From Haliotis rubra (lineage: Eukaryota): a stretch of DNA of 64,000 bases. The translations under genes and the position numbers were made by a program. Shown here in pieces: positions 15,131-27,918 of the stretch. The notes beneath the pieces were generated by a model. The model had not been told where the DNA came from, did not search any database, and worked only from the letters and a program-made list of their open reading frames with translations. Every line of letters begins with the position of its first letter. Position 1 is the stretch's first letter. The DNA lies in assembly GCF_003918875.1 (NCBI RefSeq), contig NW_025767630.1, forward strand, positions 310,001 to 374,000. Reading direction: 5' to 3'.

Positions 15131-15296
15131 GGGGGCGGTGGGGGTAGCCTAGTGGCTAAAGCGTTGACTCGTACGCCGAAGACCCGGGTTCGATTTCCCA
15201 CATGGGTACAATGTGTGAAGCCCTTTTCTGGAGTCCCCCGCCGTGACATTGGTGGGATATTGCTAAAAGCGGCGTACAACTAAACTCACTTACTCA
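15131..15296 (+). mobile_element. SINE family A (tRNA-derived head, ~165 bp), representative full copy with 13-bp TSD
   Basis: A box TAGCCTAGTGG, B box GGTTCGATT, (ACTC)n tail; TSD CTTAACCATGCAG at 15118-15130 and 15297-15309. Other copies at ~1084-1218, 3618-3780, 9617-9724, 10310-10478, 14290-14450, 14878-15022, 17883-18005, 19105-19278, 19670-19806, 21845-21955, 34212-34376, 39289-39385, 41698-41776 and 46127-46203. Confidence 0.92.
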
Positions 15297-15526
15297 CTTA
15301 ACCATGCAGTGCCTTTGGTACACCCGATCGACGTGTAATTATCAATCTAATGAAGCCGGTTAATGATGACTGTATGCGACCATTCCACGTGCAGGGCCAC
15401 GTCAAGGTGACCCTATGCATTAAAAAGGTGTGCTTCAATAACAAATTGAAGCCACGTATGAATTCACTTTACAATTTTTTGCGTAGAGCATTCTTCAGGT
15501 GACGCGTCAGTAGGGAATGGTAGTAT

Positions 15527-16360
15527 TATAAACTGATGTGCAAAAGAAAGTACACAGGTTGTGTTTCATCCAATAAGATAAAAACAACAAAATCTTTTGA
15601 TGAAATGGAAAATGTATGTTGAAGCACACTGCAATACACGTGTTTTATCAGCAAAATGACATTGTAACAATAAACAGCGATGTAGTGATGACCACTGCAG
15701 ACGGTTCCTACAATGCTGGAAGGTCAAGGCCATTCCACGCAGCGGTCGGTAGGCCCATACATACCAGCAGGACGAAGTCGTCTTGTCACTGTGAATCGGC
15801 TTACGCGATGACCCAATGATGTGGCTGCTGATGACGTCACCGTCAACATCCAGTTGCGTTGGTGAATAACCCGCAGATAGCGATCCTCTTGGGGTGTTGT
15901 GACTCTGGAACGTCCACTTCTGGGTCGATCACATGTCTGGCCTGTCGTACTGAAGCGGTTAAACAGCCGAATTATGGTTTGTCTTGTGCAACCCAATGTC
16001 CTTGCAATATCGCTGTTGAAAGCACCCATTTGTGTCATTCCTTTGGCCCATTCTCGTTGCGCCGACGTCAATCTTGGCATTTCCTCGTGAGATTTCTGCC
16101 AAGTGATTGTTCAGTCTTCACAACAAATAGGTTTTATACTCTCTGTCAGAAAAGTGCTGGTGCATGGGACAATAATCACAATTTTGCAAAAATTCGAGCA
16201 AAACACGTACAACTGTTTTTTGGTTGCATTTTGGCATATGAAACATGATGGTTGCGTTCTATACAATCAATGTTTTTCAATAATTTTATTAGTTAGAACG
16301 CATATTTGGGATTGCAACAACAATTACACCTGTGTACTTTCATTTGCTCGTCAGTTTATA
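15527..16360 (-). mobile_element. Internally deleted Tc1/mariner DNA transposon
   Basis: ORF 15724-16080 encodes the Tc1-type N-terminal HTH region (MPRLT...DIARTLGC...DRPRSGRSRVTT...TVTRRLR). A frameshifted continuation (ALTFQHCRNRLQW) follows and there is no DDE domain. Imperfect ~32-bp TIRs TATAAACTGAtGtGCAAAaGAAAGTACACAGG at both ends. Confidence 0.88.
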
Positions 16361-16528
16361 CTGACTGTCTGACTGAGTTTGGTTTTACGCCGCTTTTAGC
16401 AATATTCCAACAACATCACGGCGGGGAACACCAGAAATGGGCTTCACACATTGTACCCATGTGGGGATTCGAACCCGGGTCTTCGACGTGACGAGCTAAC
16501 GCTTTAACTACTAAGCTACCCCACCGCC
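16361..16528 (-). mobile_element. SINE family A copy inserted at the Tc1 terminal repeat
   Basis: 14-bp TSD CTCGTCAGTTTATA at 16347-16360 and 16529-16542. Confidence 0.92.
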
Positions 16529-16989
16529 CTCGTCAGTTTATAAATTATACACTTCAAGAAGTAGTACTCGAAAATAACAGACGGTTACAATGTGGTATCA
16601 TGTACTGTATCATAGACTACTGCTTAACCTCTGAATGCATATAACTTTGAACAAACATTTCCACTTGAACAGGAAAGGGGCCCAAGTGAGATGAACCTGG
16701 GGGGAATCTAGACTTGCTTTAGCACTGCGGGAGGGAAAATAATTCGGTTCTGGGACTGTGATACAGACTAAGTGTAACAGGACAATCAACAGTCAGATCA
16801 ATAAAGACGTGACTGTCACGTATCATGTCAGGCCAACCTCCAAAATGTCACGTTGCCTTACGCTGTCGTTCGCTGGGCCCTATCCAGACTCCGAAGTGAG
16901 GGATACACATGAACTCATCTCAAAACTATACAGGAGACTATTGGCGATTCCATCGGTCTTCATGTTGTGGCTAGAATTTGTCGGTTGGT

Positions 16990-17212
16990 TCACAGCGTTC
17001 ATAGTCTGCCTACAAGAATCCAGATACAATAATATACAGGAATCTAAACACAACACATGTTATATTTGGGATTACACTTTCTCAGTTAAGTACAGATTCT
17101 AGTACCTTTGTTGGGCTGAGTTCCATCCGGGATTCGAACCCACACCCTCAGAATCAGGCACCAAATCCCCAGCACAGTTAGTCGCCTAACCCACTCGGCC
17201 ACCGCGGGTTCC
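16990..17212 (-). mobile_element. SINE family C (tRNA-like head); partial second copy at ~59727-59820
   Basis: Minus strand has A-box-like GTGGCCGAGTGG and B box GGGTTCGAATCC; about 90 bp shared with 59727-59820. Confidence 0.7.
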
Positions 17213-19601
17213 ACAGATCCAAGTATAGTCTATAATGACTGGGCAAGACTACATTATCTGATATTGTTTGGGGTCCTTTTGGATCTTAGTATGATTTTGA
17301 TCTGACATATATTTTAAGATAACTATTTCTGGGACTAATTGTCGGTCAAGACGGTACTAAAGCGGCTCGGAGAGGATTTATTATTTCTAACTTGAACTTT
17401 GGTGGTCTGGTGAAAGTACACAGCGATCAGATTGGCTGTTTGGACTTGATTTCTTAAAGCATGGTTTCTGATTAATCGACCACACTTGTGTTGTTGACCT
17501 ACGACGCCCTGCACGGGGACCATCATAAATATTTTGTGTCTGTTCCAAAGACAGACTTGAGACACGCTGAACATGTGTTGTTCAGTCCAACCATTTAGAA
17601 GCAGATCTGCAACCTTGAAACGGTAATAACATTGTAGATGGTGCTTTTCCAATCTGATCCCAAATACTGTATTAAGGCAAGAATAGACAGCTTACGTGTC
17701 GTGGCGGAACTGAGAAATCAGCAGCCCTTGCTACACAGCAGTTTGACGATCTTTCACTGAATTGTCAAAAGTCTAAAATGCCCCCCTTACCCTACACTGT
17801 TTCACAGTCCCTGAACCACATTATTTATCAATCCACCAACAAAGCGTGAGTCTCCCTTTATCCCCTTTTTCAAAGATAATCTGGTGGGGTAGCCCCGTTG
17901 TTAAAGCGTTCGCTCGTCACGCCGAAGGCCCGTGTTCGATTCCCCACATGGGTACAATGTGTGAAGCCCATTGCTGGTGTCCTAGATATTTCTGGAATAT
18001 TGATTAAATATATATATGACATTTAGTGATGGAAAATCTTAGACCTTCAATAGATGCAAGTAACGCTACCTTAACTAAAGGCACTGAAATGAATCAATAT
18101 GACTTCGACATTAGGAATACATTTAGCTAATTGGGTAATACATCTTGAAGAGAAAGTAGTTTAGCTTTAGTCTGATATCGAACGAAGTATTGTGACATTA
18201 TAAGTTTATGTGAATAATAAGGTATTGCCATGGCAACACATGAAATTCCTCTTCTGAGACCTCATTAGACTCGCAAAGCCTGTGAAAGGTCATCAGAAAT
18301 ATGACGACCGAATGTAAATCTAAACTATTTAGATTTTGTGCAAATGATGCCAGCATAATTATTCAGAAAGCGTCTTCCTGTTGCCGGTTAGCTACTATTA
18401 CCGCTGACGTGCCGACAAAACGGCATTATCTGGAGGGTTGGACAAACAAAGGTATGTTTGTTCGTTGTGTTGCGCCCGTCGTCTGTACACAGCCCATTGT
18501 GTGTCACGTTGACACGGTGACATCACTTGGGCCGCTCGGCAAGCCACAAGATGGCTGGACGAAGGGAGGTAACTCTAACTTTTCACATGTATTGCACAAT
18601 CATGTGTTCCTGTAATAATTATCACTGGTATTTTAGCCGCATTTAAAACTATTCCAATAATAAGGCAGGTGTCGAGCGCTAGAGGTGTGTTTCACACATA
18701 CGGTCAATGTGGGGACTCAAACTCGGGTCTTCGACCAGTGTAGCAAACACTCTAGACACAAGACTACCCCTGTACAAACCTACTTCCTCTCGTAGTTTTG
18801 ATATTTTTGGCGCCCCAGCCATTCCTTTAATGCCATTTTCCCAGCCCCTCCCCCATACCTTTTCCCTAAAATCGACAAAAATCTCAATAAGTCTATTTAT
18901 AACAGCCGTATTACCTTATCTAACAGAACCTGTGAGTTATTATGATACATATCACTGGGAAACGTTTCGTTATCCCAAGTTATTCCTGAATCCTTTAGGC
19001 AGATCTGTCTTGGGGCACAGAAGATCAATAGTTATCAATAATTATGTGAACACTTAAATTGATATGACCCTTTACTGAAATACGGGGGTGGGTGGGGGGT
19101 GGGGTGGGGCGCTGGCGGAGTAGGCTAATGGTTTAAGCGTCCGTTCGTCACGCTGAAGACCCGCGTTCGATTCCGCACAAGCGTTCAATGTATGAAGCCC
19201 ATATCTGGTGTCCCCCGCCGTGATATTGTTGGAATATTGCTAAGAGCGACGTAAAACTAAACTCACTCACTCACTCACCACTGAACATACTGCAATCATG
19301 AAGTAATCAAACACGGATGTCAGTCGTATTGCTATGATCACAGAGGATGTGTATACTCCTCAGTGTTACTCCTCTACGGAAGATACGTCTTCATTGTTTC
19401 ACACGAGCGTGATGCAGAAAGAATATGGATGACCATTCTAACCAATCTGCATTTTCTTACAACAATTATTACACTGTAAACAAAACAAAATATATGTTAT
19501 TAAAACTCCCAATAGGCTCCTCAAGTGTTAGTTTTCGGAATATGAACTGATACCATGATTTAAGTGTATTGGTTGTCAGTGGGTGGGCATAACGCATGAA
19601 G

Positions 19602-19633
<32 letters not shown>

Positions 19634-21059
19634 AACGACGACGACGATAATGGATATGTGTGTTTTGTTCGTAATTTAAGGCCGCATTCAGCCATATTCC
19701 AGCAATATCACCGCGGGGGACACCAGAAATGGGCTTCACACATTGTACCCATGCGGGGAATCGAACCCGGGTCTTCAGCGTGACGAGCGAACGCTTTAAC
19801 CATTAGTGTTAACCATTATATGGTGGCGGTCAGTAAATTCTGGACCACACAATCCAGTGACCAACAGCATGAGTTGTGACGAGCGCACCTTTAAATGATT
19901 TTGTAAAGTTTTATGAGTGAGTGAGTTTAGTTTTACGCCGCATCCAGCAATATTCCATCTATATGCCGGCGGTCTGTAAATAATCGAGTCTGGACAAGAC
20001 AATCCAGTGATCAACAGCATGAGCATCGATCTAAGCAATTGGGATTCGATGACATGTAGCAACCAAGCCAGCGAGCCTGACCACCCGATCCCGTTAGTCG
20101 CTTCTTACGACAAGCATGGGATGCTGAAGATCAATTCTAACCCGGATCTTCACGGGTGAAGATGGATATGATGCTATTTTCTTTCATCAAGTAAAACATC
20201 GATTATGTAAGTGCTAGCAGCAAAGATTACAATATAATGTATTCAGGAGGGCCCGTCGTCATGGCAAATGGATATTTCTGTTTGTAGTGTGAACGCGGGT
20301 CAAACTATCCCATGTGGATAAAATGACGTAATTATAAAATGGCTCGCCAAATAGACAGTCATGATAACGTGATGCCAAGTGCCGGATGTTTGATAAGTGT
20401 GCTTTTCCCTATTAATTGTGTCGTAACTATGCTTGGTTAATATGTAGAACGCGTTGTCTGTTGTTTTTATAAATATTGTTTGCCAATTACTCGACAACGT
20501 ATTTGCAACCAGCAACATACATCTAAAGAGACTTTTTATTCGATTTCTCGAAGAAAACAAATATATTTTTCACTTTTCTATTTGACTGCGTTTTTGCTGC
20601 GGATGAGGAAAATATTGACATGCTGTCCGGGCGCCCGACTTGGTTTTCTATTTTGGTTGCTTAGAAACGGATGACGTTAACACCAGAAACGGTTTCGCGC
20701 GACTCTTAGCCACGTGACAAATCGATCCCGCAACGAGAATCAAGTCAGCAGAGGTCTACTCTAATACAAACAATAAATCTACAATTATGAAAGCTTGCTG
20801 TCATATATATTCCTGGTCATGGTGTTTCATCAATACACCCCTCAGTATCAGAGCGCCCTATATCGGCCTACTGGGCGAGAACCGCGGGAGCCGTTGCATC
20901 GTTACCATTCCGCAAAGAAATATTCATTTGAAGATTGTATGGAGCATATTTTAGACCAGTATTGATTTAATGAAACCGATCATTTATTAACCTGAATTAT
21001 TAATCTGAAGATAGCATACACGTTGTAAAGCCGAAACAAGGGAAACATGATGTTTTAGT

Positions 21060-21206
21060 CCACAGGGGCGTGTCACGCTTAGAAACAGCGTTAGAAAGAC
21101 ATATAGGTATATAGACCCTACCCTAGTATTTATATAGTACTAGGGTAGGGTCTATATACATATATGTCTTTCTAACGTTGTTTCTAAGCGTGACACGCCC
21201 CTGTGG
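21060..21206. mobile_element. Near-perfect 147-bp palindrome (fold-back MITE)
   Basis: 69-bp arms (CCACAGGGGCGTGTCACGCTTAGAAAC...CTAGTA) with 2 mismatches and a 9-nt loop; TTA close to both ends. Confidence 0.75.
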
Positions 21207-22779
21207 CTTAGTCAGTATGAAATAGTCGCAGACTATAGGAATCTTTATCAGTAGGACGAACCATTCTCTAGGAGTGCCAGATGTTGTTTGTTTTTGTTTG
21301 GTTACTTGTTGCTGACTAAGCAATATTCCCGCTACACTGTAAATCATGACTTAAACACACAGGTTTAGATCAGACGATTCTACTTCTCCGTTACCTTGAA
21401 CACGAATTCTTAGATTATAAACGCGTAAATCAAAGTCCTTTTAGCTCTCAATACATTTAGGCTGAAGGCGGCGTAAAACTAAACTCACTCACTCACAAAC
21501 CTTTTAAAATCATTTTAAAGGTGCGCTCGTCACAAACGTATGTCAACGACAATGTGCACTGTTGCTCCCCTTTGTAAACACACGCAATACAATTCAGCTA
21601 TATGGCGCGCTTTGCTGTTTTGTTTGTATATGGCCGCGCTCTGTAAATAATCGATTCTGAATCAGATAATCCAGTGATCAACAGCATGAGCATCGATCTA
21701 CGCGCTATTAGGATATGATGACATGTGGCAACCAAGTCAGCGAGCCTGACCACCCGATCCCGGTAGTCGCCTCTTACGAAAAGCGTGGATTGCTGAAGAC
21801 CAATTTTAACCCGGATCTTCACGGGTATCTTCACAAGTCAAGGGGAGGGGGTAGCCTAATGGTTTAAGCGTCCGCTCGTCACGCTGAAGACCCGGGTTTG
21901 ATTCCCCACGTGGGTACAATATATGAAGCCCATTTCTTGTGTCCTCACCGCACCAAGCGCGTACCCTTTTGGAAACATTATTATAACGTTTACAAAACAC
22001 GTCTTCCATTAATGTCATCAGGCATCATGATCAAAAATATTCAAAAGAAACAAATTAAATTATCTTAAAAATATATGTGTACCTACAAAATACGTTTTAC
22101 ATTTTACCCGAAAGAAGCCCAGAACAGTTTCAGCTGGGGCTTAGACAATGTAGACTTGGGCTTTCTTTCTTGATTTATTGTTTTTCTTCTCTGGGATTTG
22201 GACGACAGAGTAATAATGCTGTTTAGTACAGGAAGCAGTCGTAGGTGCTGAGAGTGGCCAGCTATAGCCAGATTGATCAATCTTCTGGTCGTAGAAAGGC
22301 AAATCAATGGGTGATAATCAAAGTCAATGTAGCCACCATTGTATGCCCCAGTGACGCCAAACTTAGGTTTGTTTACTTGAAGAACCTGAACTTATACGTG
22401 TTGAGGACGAGACTGATTCCCTAGCTACCCACAAAGCACAATCGACAGTTGGTTTACGTGCTTCTTCAGCAGAATTTAGCGTTCGTGACCATTTGGGCTC
22501 ATCTGACTACAGAATGAGTGGTCAGAAATTCATCTGCTTGCACCTTTGTATGTCAAATAAGGCAAGTGCGGGTTTAATGACTTACAGCGGGTCTTTTGCT
22601 TAATCAAAATATTATTTTATTCCGTACAGCGATACTAGTATATAGTTCCATGATACTATATTTTTGTGTGTGATTTTTCAGCCTAGTTTCAATCAAAAAC
22701 GCCAGAGGAAATATTATGAAAGATGACAGAATAAATGTCGCTAGAGACTCATCCAGTTAATAGTTGATATCGTAAGGGT

Positions 22780-22978
22780 GTTAACAGTTGAAATTGGTAG
22801 GGCGTTAGCAGTTGAAATTGTGAGGAGTTAGCATGTTGCAGTTGAAATTGTGAAGGCGTTAGCAGTTGAAATTGTGAGGGCGTTAGCAGTTGAAATTGTG
22901 AGAGCGTTAGCAGTTGAAATTGTGAGGGCGTTAGCGGTTGAAATTGTGAGGACGTTAAAAGATGAAATTGTGAGGGGC
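22780..22978. repeat. 24-bp minisatellite
   Basis: GTTAGCAGTTGAAATTGTGAGGGC, about 8 copies. Confidence 0.92.
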
Positions 22979-23611
22979 AACGAAAAGGGACTATATAATA
23001 TATAAGACGAGTCCATATATATCATCTTGTCAAAACTCTTTATCTGCACAAGATCTTTCGCCGTTCAACGGCTCTTCGGGTGAACAATGAACAGCGTTCC
23101 CACATTTTTGTGAAAAACAATTCCATGATTTTTCAAGACAAATATTGCTTGTTCCAGACACAACACTATGTGTTCTAGGACATTTTGATACCTTTAAACA
23201 AATAAAACTGTGTCTGAAATAAAACAATATCTTAAATACGCCCTTATATTGCCCATTCCCACCTCTTTATGATAAGATGACATAATAAACACGAAACATC
23301 AAGTCTAGCAATGTTTCTTTTCTTCTTTAACTATCTGTACTGCCACATAACCAATATGTTGATGGCTGTCATGTCCATTGTAGCACTGTTAAGATATACA
23401 GTTTTGTTAGATAAAAACACCAAGATTATTCCATGATTTCATCCACTTATTTTAAATTCCATGATGTTTCCAAAACTAGGAAATGGGGTGTGAAATTTCC
23501 AGTTTTCCAGGTCTTGAAGGAACTCTAATGAAAACTAAGCGTAGTCACAGGCGACGCATAACGGTATATATATTAGTGATTAGGCGTAACGGTATATATA
23601 TTAGTAATTTA

Positions 23612-23856
23612 TACCCGTGAAGGTCCGGGTTAGAATGAACCTTCAGTAACCCATGCTTGTCGTAAGAAGCGACTAACGGGATCGGATGGTCAGGCTCGCT
23701 GACTTGGTTGACACATGTCATCGGTTCCCAATTGCGCATATCGATGCTCATGCTGTTGATCACTGGATTGTCTGGTCCAGACTCGATTGTATACAGACCG
23801 CCGCCATATAACTGGAATATTGCTGAGTGCGGCGTAAAACTAAACTCACTCACTCA
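23612..23856 (+). mobile_element. SINE family B (~245 bp), representative full copy
   Basis: Starts ACCCGTGAAG, central GCTTGTCGTAAGA(G/A)GCGACTAA block, tail CTGGAATATTGCTGAGTGCGGCGT plus simple repeat. Other copies at ~3030-3277, 12715-12895, 14600-14780, 19914-20157, 21590-21827, 25715-25838, 37351-37594, 50947-51163, 61560-61790 and 62670-62915. Confidence 0.88.
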
Positions 23857-26800
23857 TATTAAGGCATACGTATGACCCTCCTGTCCTCGTATCCTGGTAT
23901 CCCCTTTCACGCCCAAATGTAGTACCGCTGGCCTCGCTACAGGAAGCAAGCTTCTTAAAATTATTTCCTTATTTCCGGTTTCTTTCGTGAACAAGCTGAA
24001 GCGTCAGTGCATCAGTTTCTGAAAAGCTGCTCTCGGCTTCTAGCCAGTCTGCAGATCTCACTATACTCTTACAAAGATTATCTAAATTAATGCATATTTC
24101 CCAAAGTTTCAAGCTTCGTTTGTATCCTACAATGACAACTAATTGAGCTGTCAGAAAAACATTAGTTGGCATTTAGACTGAAGTTCTCAAAACCTCAAAG
24201 GTTAGTGATTGCACCACACACACTGTGTGCAGAATATGTATGACTGAAATGATACTGATGTCATAAGTTTGAAATGTGTTCATAGAAGTTAATCAATTCG
24301 AAGACTTAGTAACAATAATCTGGAACGTAACGTTAAGCACCCTAGTTCATCTCACCTCATGTTTCTGTTCTTCGTTGACAACTTGTTACAATTCCTGAAA
24401 TAGTTGTGGAAAATATATGACAGACTGGGTTTGAGAAAGGTTTGCGTTTCGTCGCCTTTTTAAACGTTGATTTTGAATCTGCACGCTTGCAATACTCATT
24501 CAACACAAGGCAGATTAATTAATATTAAATACATTGTGTTTGTATTCGTTTAACAATTTGAAACAAATCCACATATTGGCGTGGTAATACAGTCGGAAGC
24601 AGAATAAGCCCCTTTAGCAGAAGACTAGCCTTGCTCCAAAGCTAGAATGAATTCTGAACCCATGGATGTACAGTAATTCTATCCTTCGAAGAGGCAAGTC
24701 TAGATAGGCTGACAGTACAAAGGACCACAGTCTGTTACATATTACTATTTAGAAATTATCATTTAAACTACTAAGTTTTACCTTATTGGCATTTGCAAAT
24801 CTAACAGAAGACTTGCCTAAGTATTTAAGGCAATATTTACCAGCTCAATTCATCTTTCCCTGATGAAAAAATGTAATAAGAACAGGTTATTCCAGAAAAG
24901 ACTGGCTTCCTTAGATGCACTGTCCGCATTTCTATACTTGCATATTATACCTTTTTAGATATAATTACTACACATCAATAGACTTAGAGCTTAAAGCAAT
25001 GCTAGTGCAAAAAACACATTACGAGGTAATGTTGTAGGGACGTCCCGCTTCGCAAAATTATTATCTGTCCCGTTCTGTATATTACAGTGTACTAATTGTA
25101 TAGCCTATCTGGGTAAACTGCATGGAGTCTGCCCTCTTTGCAATTCCCCTTGGTGAGGCTAAGTGGAAAAGCCAGACCACTCATCTCAGCATCTCGTTTG
25201 AGTAAACGACACACCATGCTTCCCTGCACGTATGCAAGGCGAACGGAGGTCAGTATAAGGGAGGCTACTCTCCCATGAACATGTACGCGAGTCGTTAATA
25301 AAATACCTCACAAACGTTCCGGTGATCGTTCATTGATTTAAAGTCTTTTATAGACGTTTAGAAACTTTTGCAACATTAAACGGTAATATTTTATGGAATT
25401 ATTTTTTTATTGTGTATAACGACGTTTACCCGATGAAAGTGTAACAAGTGAAACGGTGGCCCATAAAATAGATCAATAAAAAAGTTCTCATCCATAAAAC
25501 TACGTCCTCATAAATATATTCATAACTTGGCGAATGAAAGGTTGAAACAAAACTGTACATATAATAAAGTGAAATATTTGTCCCCTTTTGACGTTCCACA
25601 GCTGGGCTAAAACCATGAAAATACAATATACATATCAATGAATTTGCATTTTAAGTGCAGTAAAGAGGATTCCATGCGTTATTTGGTAACAAGTATCATA
25701 ATTGTATACTGTGTCATCTCTTGGAATCGATACCCATACTGTTGAGCACTGGATTGTCTGGTCCAGGCTCGATTATTTACAGACCGCCGCCATATATCTA
25801 GAATATTGCTGAGTGCGGCGTTAAACAACCAACCAACCATCTCTTGGATTGTTGAAAAAGTTCACTTACTCTTGTGTGGTAAGACACGGACACAGCAAGT
25901 ATGGCTATCAGCCTATGACTATCTTAGACAAACGCTCACACCCTGAATATATATGATATTGATAGTAACAAATAAACCATTTAAATTGAAAAGGAGCCCC
26001 AGTGAGTTGGGAGATTCCCTGAACCTGGGGAAAATCTAGACTTGCTAAGGGTTTAACATTGCAGGGAGGCTAGGTAGTAGGGAAAATAATGTGGTTCAGG
26101 GACTATGAGGCAAACTATGACCATCTTTGCGTGATATACATTTCGTCAAGTCACACAAGTTCGATCGTCATGTAACTTCGATCGCCCATTGTGAATGGTA
26201 ATTGTCGCAATACGTAGCGATAACTTACGATATCTGCAGCTTTGATCTTCTGGTGACACCACTTTCATTCGTTTGGACCGGAAAATGTTTCGTGTCAAGT
26301 TACCAAATGTAAGTTATAGCTCATTTTCAGCAAACAACTACTTTTTAACCCTAGATCAATAATGTAACTTTATCAGCTCAAATTTCACACGTTGTAAATT
26401 GACAGCACCCCTGTCTTCTGTTTGTTTACGATGCTGGTCTAATTGTTACATGTCCAGACACGTGATATCCTTGTCAAAATTTAAAACTTTGGAAACAAGT
26501 AAGGGCCATTTCTTATAGAAAACTTAATGCTTTTTGAGAATTTCCGTGAATTTGTACCTGATGAAGTTCGAGCTATTGCCTCATTGATAAATACAACCTT
26601 GGCACAATGTACCCACCCTACATGTCAGCACAGAACACATTTACGTTTCTGTAAGCCAGTTCGTGGTGTTTGTGTACATTCTGAGGTTTGATGCCCGTCA
26701 AGACGAGCCTGAAGAATAATTCCCTGCATAATACTTGTATATAAGCTGAATATTTGTGACTTTTCATCGTTTTTAGAAACATTGAAACATAAAATGAACG

Positions 26801-27800
26801 TTTCATGGACATAAATACCATAAAATTACTTGGGACTGCTCTAGCTCTGAATTTGACACAAGACATCGTCCATACAAGTCATCCTGTTTACGCGACAAGC
26901 CAGCCAATCATATGATCGAACTTATGTGACGTAGCTTTCTGGGTCACTTGTGTTGACAGTGAGAGGGCGGCCATGCCGCGATTGTGAAAAGCAGTAAAAA
27001 TACCTGGATTTTGGAAATGTTTGACATAAATAAACAAGTTTAGAGGTAGGAGATTTGAAAATAAGATTATATGAATATAACTTTGAAAATTCAGCGACAG
27101 TTCTTAAGTCATCGAACTTACATGACACAAGGATATATCACATATGTAACATTATCTGATATCATTATTAAATAACCACTATGTGTTTTGCAACCATGGG
27201 CCTTTTAGATAAAAAGAAGAAGAATACTGTATATATGTTATGAAGGAAGTTATTTACTTGAATTAGCCCTTTGAAGGCTTCAAGAATAAACATAGCATAT
27301 AAGGTATACATATATGGACTACGTGGAACAAGAAGATGATGCGGTTTGGAAATATACTCGAATCCTAACCAATCGCCCTCAACAGTCATTCGAGAACAAA
27401 AAATTAACTCCAATCATTCTGGCGACAGGGCGACTGGTGAGAGAAATGTCGTTCAATCGCTCTCCGGCTTGTCCCGGAATAACGAGCTGGTGACGAATGG
27501 AATAATCCGGGACATGACTGTCGTTTACCGGAAGAGGATCAAAGCTCCACTTCACCACATGCAACCGTACAGCGTAAAGCCAAGTTATCTGTTGTGGATA
27601 TTATCCCTGCATGGAGCTTAAGACAATGGCTTCGCAATCTGCTTGCAACGAAATAACAAGAGCTGTAGATATGCTGAATAATTGACTTTCTTTGTGTAAA
27701 TTGTTATTGTATTATTTGATAATACAATTCGAGTGATACGTACGCACAATCAGTCAAATTACTATATTCAAATATATAAATTTCCCCGAATACCATCAGA

Positions 27801-27872
27801 TCCTCGGTAGTATAGTGGTCAGTATCCCCGCCTGTCACGCGGGAGACCCGGGTTCAATTCCCGGCCGGGGAG
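27801..27872 (+). tRNA. tRNA-Asp (anticodon GTC)
   Basis: 72-nt cloverleaf: acceptor stem TCCTCGG/CCGGGGA plus G discriminator, anticodon arm CCCGC-CTGTCAC-GCGGG, T-arm GGTTCAATTCC; oligo-T Pol III terminator from 27877. Confidence 0.95.
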
Positions 27873-27918
27873 AATATTTTTTTTTAATTTTTTTTTCTAT
27901 CTTGTTTTCTACATTTTT

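Noticed and set aside
23092-23527. Possible hAT-like non-autonomous element with TTCCATGA subterminal repeats
   Set aside because: The terminal inverted repeats are too degenerate and no TSD was found.
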